Shown here piece after piece: positions 54,884 to 64,000 of a stretch of DNA of 64,000 nt. Source of the DNA: Eledone cirrhosa. Taxonomy: Eukaryota. Position 1 is the first letter of the stretch; each line of letters begins with the position of its first letter. The position numbers and the translations under genes are program-made. The stretch covers positions 284,456,001 to 284,520,000 of the forward strand of contig OZ024743.1 of the NCBI GenBank assembly GCA_964016885.1, given 5' to 3'. A model generated the notes under the pieces. That model did no database searches. It was not told the origin of the DNA and saw only the letters and a list, made by a program, of their open reading frames with translations.

Positions 54884-55190
54884 GATATGGCTTTGTGGTT
54901 AGGGCATTCAGCTCACAATTGTAGGTTTGTGAGTGATTCCCATCAACACACTGTGTCCTTGAGCAAGACACTTTATTTCACATTGCTCCAGTCCACTCAA
55001 CTGACAAAAATGAATTGTACCTGTAATTCGAATGGCAAACCTTGTCACATTCTGTGTCATGCTCAATCTCTGTTAAGGGTAAGCATGTCTGTGGAATGCT
55101 CAGCCATTTGCACGTTAATTTCACGAGCAGCCTGTTCCATTGATTGGATCAATTGGAACACTCATTGTCATAACCAATGGAGTGCCAGTT
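54884..55190 (+). mobile_element. CORE-like SINE family 3
   Basis: TGGCTTTGTGGTTAG head, TGTGTCCTTGAGCAAGACACTTTATTTCAC core; body matches 3565-3885. Confidence 0.75.
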
Positions 55191-56009
55191 TATATATAAA
55201 TATCATCATCACCATTATTTAACTGCCAGTAAGAATTGGACGGGACTACATAGAGCACTAAGGAGGTTATCATATCTTTGACACAACTAAAGGGTCCTTT
55301 CAACCCTTTGTTTGGCAAGCTTTCTACAGCTGGATGCTGTTCCTAATGCCACCCACTTTACACCATGTACTAGGTACATTTCTCATACAGATCACTAAAG
55401 AGGTTGTTGTGTCTTTGACACAACTAAAGAGTTCTCTCAATCCTTTTAGGCATGGTTTATACAGTAGGGTGCCCTTCCTTTTGCCAAACAACCTTATTGA
55501 GTGAACGGGAGGCATTTATATATATATATATATACTTACACACACATATATATAAACATATATATATAATATATTTTAATTTTATTATAGAAACTAGCAG
55601 AAAAACCAGACGTAGGGTGGTTTTCTGCTAGCATATGTAGTGTGTATATTGATATTATACACAAATATATATACATGTAGATATGATACATCAAATAAAA
55701 TCGTAATTGACAATATACACAGAAATTGAACAAAGTCTATGTTACACTGTCTTCTGTAATCAGTAACGTAATCCATGATACATTAAAAAAAAGACGATAT
55801 TATATATAAACTGCATTAGGAGAAAATTAGCGACGGAAATATATGCAATATTTTTATATGTGTTATAATATAACAGCCGCTAACCGGAAGTGTTGACATT
55901 TGAAAATTTTAAAAAGTGAATTTTAAAGATCTTTAAATAAGCTATAAAATATATTTAATCAACAGCCACAAAATTTAGCACATAAATTATGTAATATTCA
56001 TTCATTATT

Positions 56010-56343
56010 TGGTGGATTGGCAGTATCGGTTGTGGGTCGGACGTTCAAATCCCGCCCAGGTTAACTTTGCCTTTCATCCTTACGGGGTCGATAAAATAAA
56101 GTACCAGTAATGCACTGGGTAATTGCTGGCCTTGTGCCTAACGTAGAAACAATTATTTGGTGGATTGGCAGTATCAGTAGAGGGTCGGACGCCATGCTTT
56201 CCAGCATAGTTACGTCCCTTTACGATCTGAGTTCAAATCCCGCCGAGGTTGACTTTGCCTTTCATCCTTACGGGGTCGATAAAATAAAGTACCAGTAATG
56301 CACTGGGTAATTGCTGGCCTTGTGCCTAAAGTAGAAACAATTA
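56010..56343 (+). mobile_element. Tandem pair of SINE family 2 (first copy internally deleted)
   Basis: Units 56010-56157 and 56159-56343, each bounded by attattt. Confidence 0.88.
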
Positions 56344-56419
56344 TTTATTCAAAGTAATCAAACTTATTTTACAAATGGGGTAAAAAAATATATTCTGGAC
56401 GCAATCCCGCACTCCTTTC

Positions 56420-56625
56420 TTTATTATAGTTTAGATAGCTTCTACAGGACTAGAACTGTTTCATTCATAAATCATTAGGTATGTCCTGATGATTTCTTAC
56501 AAATGAAAGTTCTAGTTCTGTAGATGTCATTCCTATAATAAAATAAAAATGCCTATACTCTACTAACATATTGAGTATCTTTTTTAACTGTGGTCACCTC
56601 TCGATATACTTCAGGAATCCACCTA
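56420..56625. mobile_element. Short fold-back element with two decayed hammerhead motifs and a tail
   Basis: Plus strand CTGATGA tttcttacaaat GAAA GTT ctag; minus strand CTAATGA tttatgaat GAAAC a GTT ctag; tail homologous to 43021-43115. Confidence 0.6.
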
Positions 56626-56631
56626 TTATAT

Positions 56632-56740
56632 ATAATTGTTTCTACTATTGGCACAAGGCCAGCAATTACACAGTACATTACTGGTACTTTATTTTATCAA
56701 CCCCGTAAGGATGAAAGGCAAAGTCAACCTCAGCGGGAAT
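56632..56740 (-). mobile_element. SINE family 2 3' half
   Basis: Reverse complement of the core and end. Confidence 0.8.
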
Positions 56741-59559
56741 GATAAGTAGATATAGATATATAAATACAAATTTTTGTATTGTGCTACCATAAATATATCT
56801 AAAACTTCAGTATATCTAATGATGAGTGCATTTTGCTAAATCCATCTTAAAGTTTCTTGTTTGATGCAGCCATGCAGTATTTCAGGTGACAAAGAATGCG
56901 TGTGTGCATGTACATACATTACACACATACAAATCTGTCTATACAAAAGCAAACGTACATACATACATACATTAATACAGAGAGAGGGAGAGGGGAATGG
57001 GGGATGAGAGAGAGAGCAAAAGAAAAATATATATTGTGTGATAGACAGATATTATGTGAGAGAGAGAGATATAACAAAATCAGCATGCAGGGGGGGGGGG
57101 GGGGGAGAGAGAGAATTAGAGTTATGCATATATTGCTATCAAGTGAGAGAGAAGGGGAGAAGGAATAGTTGTAACAAGCAACAATCTTATCATTTTGTCA
57201 ATCTGGAAAAACTAAAGCTGTGATGTAGGGATGGGAAATAAAATAAAATAAACCCAAACTGCCAATCTTTATCAAATTCTAATAATTGCTAAATAGTTAT
57301 TACCTTAAATTTGATTGAAAAGCAAGTGACACAGTTGAAGAATTTAGTTTAATAAAATAACTGGCAGCAAGCAGATTGGTAAATCTCAGGAATCACTGCC
57401 TGAAGTCTATAAGATAAATCAGAAAACAACAAAAGAAAAAAGAAAAGAAGCTATAATAGCAAAAATCAACCACATAGGGAGAGAGAAGCTCAATATTACT
57501 ACTGTTGTTATTACTTCAATCATAATTTTTTTTAATGTTCAGGTTTTCACAATATTTGCAGTTCTTTCATGTTGTCAGTTTCTCCCGACTCTCAAAATAT
57601 TGATTATTATGACTGAACAGGTAATAGTGATGATTTCTAACATAGGCACACACAATGACACAAATGTAGTAAGAGTAAAACGTTGATTAGATTGACCCCA
57701 GTACATCATGAGTACTTACTGTATTAACACCAATAAAAGAAAAAGAAAAATAATTGAAAAAGAAAAATTAAAAGAAATAGTCACCACCTCCCCACAAAGA
57801 CTATGTGTGCATTGCTACATAGACACAGGTACATCAGATTGACTAGTATACATACATAATTTATGTATATATATCATCATCATTTAACAACCATTCTCCC
57901 TGCTAGTAAGGGTTGCACAGGCCGCCACAGACAAAATCAGTACTTAATTGGTGCTACTGACCTCTTAGATGGGCATCTTACATGCATTTCTGCATGTTAC
58001 AGAATCTACTGTACTTGTTTTATTGTGACACCAGTACAGGAAACGCTGTCACATCTTTGGTATAACTAAAGAGACTTTTTACTTTTGTTAGACAAGTTTT
58101 CCATAATTTTACAGAGAGTAATGGTTATGTTTTATGTCACCAACACTAGGGAGATTGTCGTGTCCTTGGCACAACTGAAGAGTCCTCTGAACCCTTTTGC
58201 AAATGTTCTATGAATGGTTGCCCTTCCTAATGCCAGCCACTTCACAAGGTGTACAAGGTCCTTTTTTTGTGGCACCAGTACTAAAGATGTTGTCATGTCC
58301 GTGGCATGGTTTTTATGGCTGGATGCAGTTTCTAACACAAACCACTTTACAGAGTATACTGGGTTCTATCATGAAAAGAAATGTGAAATGAAGCATCTTA
58401 CTCAAGAACACAGTGCACTGCCCCATCCAGGAATTGAACCCACAACCTTCTGACCATGAAAAAGTCACGACCCAGGCTAACAAATTTCTGCTCCAAACAA
58501 TTAAGAATAGAAAGAAATCCTTATATATTTTAATTTAGTATACTTCAAATAATATATCATTGTTTTAACTTTACAAATTAAAACAGTGATGTAAATGAAT
58601 TTCACTGTTTATAATAATGTTATCAAGGTTACTCCCATGACAAAATAAACTAACAACCTTTTATCCTTCTAATAATGTGATTCAGACTAATGATTTTCTT
58701 TTCATCAGATCTTTCAAAAATAATCTTTAAAATCTCAAATGATTTTGATTCACTACTTTCAAGGAATATAACTTCATTAAGACTTCATAACAAAATGTTG
58801 GCTTAAATAAATATTGTTCTTCATATTAGTTTATGTGAAGAAATTTTAATGAAGTCGGTGGGGATGATGTGTAACAATGTGTGAGGGACTGTAAAAAAAT
58901 TCTGATCATAGTTCTGAAAGGGAAAATGTTTGAAAAACTGCCTTTGATTTGTTGGCGCTAACATAAACAGCAGTGACTTAAGAGAAACACACTGAAAAAA
59001 CAAAAATCACCCAATCACCCACCCCTAAAAAATACAGTGTCGCCCTGTACAGATCCTTTGTTAATGAACAATAACAAAGTGTAAGACAAGCGATGCCATT
59101 TTAGTGTTACTTCATAAACTAGGTTTCTTGTCTGCTAAGTCAGAAACTGTTAAACTAGTTCAACTTTTTCTGACCTTCCTTGTAACTTCAATTGCAAATG
59201 CTTCTCAATCATCATCATTTAACAATCATGTTTCCCTGTTAACAAGGGTTGGATGGGCCATAATCAACCAAGTCAGTACTTCACAGATAGTCTGGTGAGG
59301 GTGCTGCATCTTGTTTACGTATGTTCCCACACTCTACAGGGTGTATTCAGTACATTTTATCATGGCACCAGAACTAGAGAGGTTGTCTAGTCATTGACAA
59401 GACCAGAGGATTCTCTCTATCTTATATTGACTTGGTTCCATCACCAACCAGTATTATCCACTGATAGTTAAATTCACCACACCATGCAGTCTTTCATACT
59501 TCATCACATTTATATTTAGTGTTCAAATGTTTACTGATGGGTGGCATTTTTTCTAATAT

Positions 59560-60100
59560 GAGTTGCCAGTTGTCACAATCTTGTCATGTCCTTTATGAGG
59601 TTCAGTTTCTTCAGAATTTCATTCATTGTCTTCCCTGTAGTGCAAGTTCCATTTACTTCATGCATTCTGCACTTCTTTACACAGCTCTCACTCTTCTTAA
59701 GCATCACATGTTTATACTAGCACAAACATCTCTCCTGCATACTACATCTGACTCCTCTTTCACTTAACTTGCTCTCAGCTCCCTTGTGCTCTGTCGTTCA
59801 CTAGGCATTAATTAGAGCATGTATGATTCATTCCTTTCCAGTCAGTGTAAATCTTATGTCTGGCTACAATGCAGCAAAAAATTTGACCGCAAACATTGTA
59901 CAATTTGAACTTCATTCTGAGAGAAAAATCTTTTTGTTGGTAACAGCTCCCTCAACTTCTTCCATCCTATTCTCACTCTGGCTACCACATTTTTTCAGTA
60001 CAGCTGCCTACATTGCTAACGAGGTCACCTAGATAGCAAAAGCTATCTACTACTTCTAGTAAAGCTTCTAGGCATTTGAGGAAGTTTCTTTCATGGGTAT
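59560..60100 (-). mobile_element. Old degraded RTE fragment
   Basis: LEVVDSFCYLGDLVSNVG; further RTE-like C-terminal residues downstream on the minus strand. Confidence 0.65.
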
Positions 60101-60175
60101 CCTTACTGTTGACTATAATATGTGTTTGTGTGTGTGTGTATATATATATATATATGTGTGCATATACACACACCA

Positions 60176-60208
<33 letters not shown>

Positions 60209-60510
60209 GGTGCATGTGTGTATGTTTGTATGTACAAAGATAAAGAAAGAGAAATGACTTGAAATGGTAGAAACAAGAAACAAATAAAAATTAACAACAA
60301 AGGCAGCAAGGTAAATAAAAGAAATACAAAAGCAAAAAAGAAATGAAAATATATTTTAAAAAACATATAAAGATAAAGGAAACAGATCTAGAAGGTTAAT
60401 ATCTTTAAGTAATCAGTTAAATGAGTGGGTGAGAAATGAGAGAGAGAGAAAAAGATAATGTGTGTGTGTTAGTACACTAGAGAGAGAAAGATAATGTGTA
60501 TGTATGTATG

Positions 60511-60546
<36 letters not shown>

Positions 60547-60629
60547 AGAGATGCAGAGAAAATACTATTTTAAAAAAAACACACCTAAGATAAAATGAAC
60601 ATTAGTTCATTGCTAAAACTCTTGTATTG

Positions 60630-61322
60630 AAAGTAATGATGATGATGGTGGTGGTGGTGGTAGTGTTTTAAGAGCAGGTGATGTTGATGCTGTTGATAGT
60701 GGTAGAAGCTAAGGTGGTTGGTGTGATAGTTATGATAGAAGCAATGAGATGACAGAGGTGGTGGTGATCATTTCCGAAGTTGACAACAGATGGAGATAGT
60801 GGTGATGCTTGCAGCAGCAGCGTCTGTGAAGCTGCTAAGGAGAGAATATAATTATTACAATGATGATGATGATGATGTTAGTGGTTATAGTGGTAGAGTG
60901 ATGTTTGTAGTTGTAGCACCGAGTGAAAGACAGTCACAGCAACAAGAGAATGGCAGCAACTCCAGCATCATCATAAACACCATAATTACCACTACTACTA
61001 CTACTACTACTACAATCCACCACCAACACCACCATAAATATAAGAATAAGAATAATTATTAATAATAACAATAATAATATGATAACCATAATTTCTACAA
61101 CTACAACTACTACTACTTATGAGACAATAAAAGAGTCACAACATGGCCATTCAACCTGCTAGAAATAGAAGCACAATTTCTACTGTCTCACCTTACTGTC
61201 TTTAATATAGAAAAGACGCCTCCTTTAAAAAGATGGAATGATCATGGCTAGAAAGCCTTTGATCAGGGTTGACCTAGTGTTAAACAACAATTGATAATGA
61301 TAATGCTGGTGACGTAGTAGTG

Positions 61323-61354
<32 letters not shown>

Positions 61355-61421
61355 AGTAGTAGTAGTAGTAGTATTGATGGTAGTGGTAGCAGCAGTGGTG
61401 CTGGTGGTAGTGACGATAGTA

Positions 61422-61497
<76 letters not shown>

Positions 61498-62700
61498 CAG
61501 TAGTAGTAGTAGTATTGATGGTAGTGGTAGCAGCAATGGTGCTGGTGGTAGTGACGATAGTAGTGGTGGTAGTAGTAGTAGTAGTAGTGGTGGTGGTGGT
61601 GGTAGTAGCAGTAGTAATGGTGGTGGTAGTAGTAATAGTAGTGTCAACAGCAGCAGCAGTAATATATATGAGGACAGAAGCAATGACAGTGGGTGGTGGA
61701 GACAAGAATATGACACTATAAAGCTACAGGTAGGAACCTTTCACTTGTTAGTGTCATTAAAGATAAATGATAATGATAATGAGGATAATGATAGTGCTGA
61801 TGATAATGATGATGATGAAAATAATTGTTTCTACTTTTTGGCACAAGGCCAGCAATTACCCACTGCATTACTGATGCATTATGATGATGAAAATAATGAT
61901 GATGATAATGATGATGACAACGATGATGATGGTGCTGCTGATGATGATGATGATGGTGGTGGTGTCAAAACCTGATGATGATAATGGTGATAGTGATGAC
62001 GATAGTGTTGATATAATAGCGACATTGGTACTGTTGACGTGAGCAGTAATCAATAAAACAAAAAACTATAACAAAAATATAAAGTCTCTATGCTGAAGTA
62101 ATAATAACATCTAGAAGTGTTGCTGTTGTTACATGGTTGTAGCAGTAGTAGTAGTAGTAGTGGTGGTGGTGGTGGTGGTAATAGTGTTGATGGTAGTGGT
62201 GGTAGTAGTATTAAAAGTATTAATAGTGGTGACAAAAGTAGTTATGGATGTCGGGTGGGAGTGGGGGTAATGGAAATGTTGGTGGTAGTGGTAGTATCAA
62301 AAGTAGTAGCACCAATAGTTATGGATGTGGTGTTGGTGGTGGTAGTAGTAGAAGTAGTGGTGGAGGTAGTAATAGTAGTAGTGTGATGGTGATAAAAGTT
62401 ATAAATGGAGGTTGAGTTGGTGATGTTGATGGTAGTTATGATAGTAGTCATAGTGGCTGTCAAGCTAGTGGTAGTAACAAAAGTAAGAGTAGTGGTGGTG
62501 AAAGTTGTTATAGTGGTGGTAGTGGTGATGGTAATGGAAATATTGGTAGTAGTATTAAAATCCATAATAGTAGCAGTGAAAATAGTTATGAAGGTAATAG
62601 TGGATGTAGCAGTGGCATTGTAGTAGGTGTGGAGTTGATTGTTAAAGTGGCAGTGGTGATTATCGTAATAATGGAAGTAGTAGTGGCAGCAGTGGATTTT
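60630..62700. repeat. Trinucleotide-rich low-complexity region ((GTA)n, (GTG)n, (GAT)n, (ACT)n) with embedded SINE scraps
   Basis: Direct reading; internal duplication ~61370-61430 / 61512-61572; SINE family 2 end at 61822-61875. Confidence 0.9.
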
Positions 62701-63585
62701 ACAATGCTAAAAACTTCTAAGTGTAGATTCGTATCTGTTAAATAAACTAAGCTGTTGTAGAAAAGTATGTCTAGCAGTATATGTCTATGTACATTTGTGT
62801 ATACTAGTTCATGTTTATATACATCAATGTGTAACAGTAGAGGTATACTGGCATGCAGTGACAATAAGTAAGATTGGATGTATGTGTATGTATACATGTG
62901 CATATGCATCATGTGCAATGGCATAGGTATACTGGCATGAATGCAAGTTTGTATGTATGCATGTGTTAGTGTATAAATCCACATATATAAGAATGTGCAG
63001 CTGTGTATGCAATAACACTGAGAAAGATCTATAGGAAGTGTGACAGCCAGACACTGTCATTGAGGAGAATAGAATACAGAGCCTTTCCTTAGTAAGGCAG
63101 TCAAAAAGGCCAATTATACAGAGTAAAAAAAGAATGCATTTCTAATCCTTCAGATTATATGGCTTATCATTTAGCTCAGACCTATCAGGATTTCTTTCCG
63201 GCATCTCTCTGCAGTAGTTATTATCATTGTTTTACTCCAGTATTGAAGTACATACCATGAAGATGTTTTAAGTCTTCATACCAATAACAGGAAGAACAAA
63301 TATGAATGTGTGATGTTTGTGCACATGTTAAAGAAATTTCACAAAGAACTTACAATTGCACATCACCAAGAAATCACTATGTAAGTGATGGGCAAGAGAA
63401 GTGTTTAAGGCTTTAGAAAAATTATTAATGAAGTATATTAGACATGAGTGTGTGTAGTGAATTCCAGATTCTATAATGGCTCATTTCAGCTTCACAAACT
63501 TTATGATGAGCTGCATGAAAACCAAATCCCATATTAGCAACTTATTATTGTTAGATAATTTTAAATGACAGTCTTAAACTGGTGA

Positions 63586-63790
63586 TACAAGGGTAGGTTG
63601 AAAAGTTAATAGGCTGACTATGAAGAAGTGATGCTAGAGCTGTGAAATCTTGCATGCATTTTTCAACTATTCTTATTAATAACTGCCTTGTTTTGTTTCT
63701 TTCCAGGAACTATGTTGAAAAATAAACCTCATTTGGTCATTCCATGAGAGTATTTTGGTCAGCCAATGAACTTTTCAGCCGACCTTCATA
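63586..63790. mobile_element. mariner-type MITE with TA target duplication
   Basis: TA-CAAGGGTAGGTTGAAAAGTTAATAGGCTGAC ... GTCAGCCAATGAACTTTTCAGCCGACCTTCA-TA. Confidence 0.8.
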
Positions 63791-64000
63791 TTACACCACT
63801 ATTAATAAAATAAGAATGGTTTCATAACATCAAAATAACAATCATCAATCTCAGTTGGGATCAGACTAAGATGTTATCCTTAATGAGTAGTCAAAACCTT
63901 CCGTTGTTACATGATCAAACCAGGTACACAAGACCAAGGAAACTATATAAAGATGAAGTAAGCAGTGCTAACAGATAAATAAGATGCTCCTAGTGGAGCG

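Noticed and set aside
61225-62623. Poly-Thr/Val/Leu mucin-like ORFs
   Set aside because: Open on both strands and in several frames over (GTA)/(GTG) repeats; no splice or domain support

Overview
AT-rich, repeat-dominated animal genomic DNA, most likely an octopus or other coleoid cephalopod (inferred from very long (TA)n/(TATACA)n arrays, (GAT)n-tailed RTE LINEs and tRNA-derived SINEs). I cannot support any intact host protein-coding gene, so the window is probably intronic or intergenic. Content: about ten young-to-middle-aged RTE-clade LINE pieces, none with an intact ORF, whose ORF carries a PHD-type finger inside the RT. There are also older LINE relics, including a CRE-clade element with a restriction-like endonuclease, three tRNA-headed SINE families, three Tc1/mariner/pogo-type MITEs, large microsatellites and one 200-N gap. 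The most striking signal, invisible in the ORF track, is about 11 loci of short non-coding elements from several unrelated sequence families. They carry type I hammerhead-ribozyme motifs (CUGANGA..GAAAC-palindrome-GUH), mostly sit in fold-back inverted repeats next to TA microsatellites, and several have a very long stem II or a core variant. They resemble Penelope-like pseudo-LTRs or retrozymes with no coding region. All structures were read by eye; no folding or database search was run.
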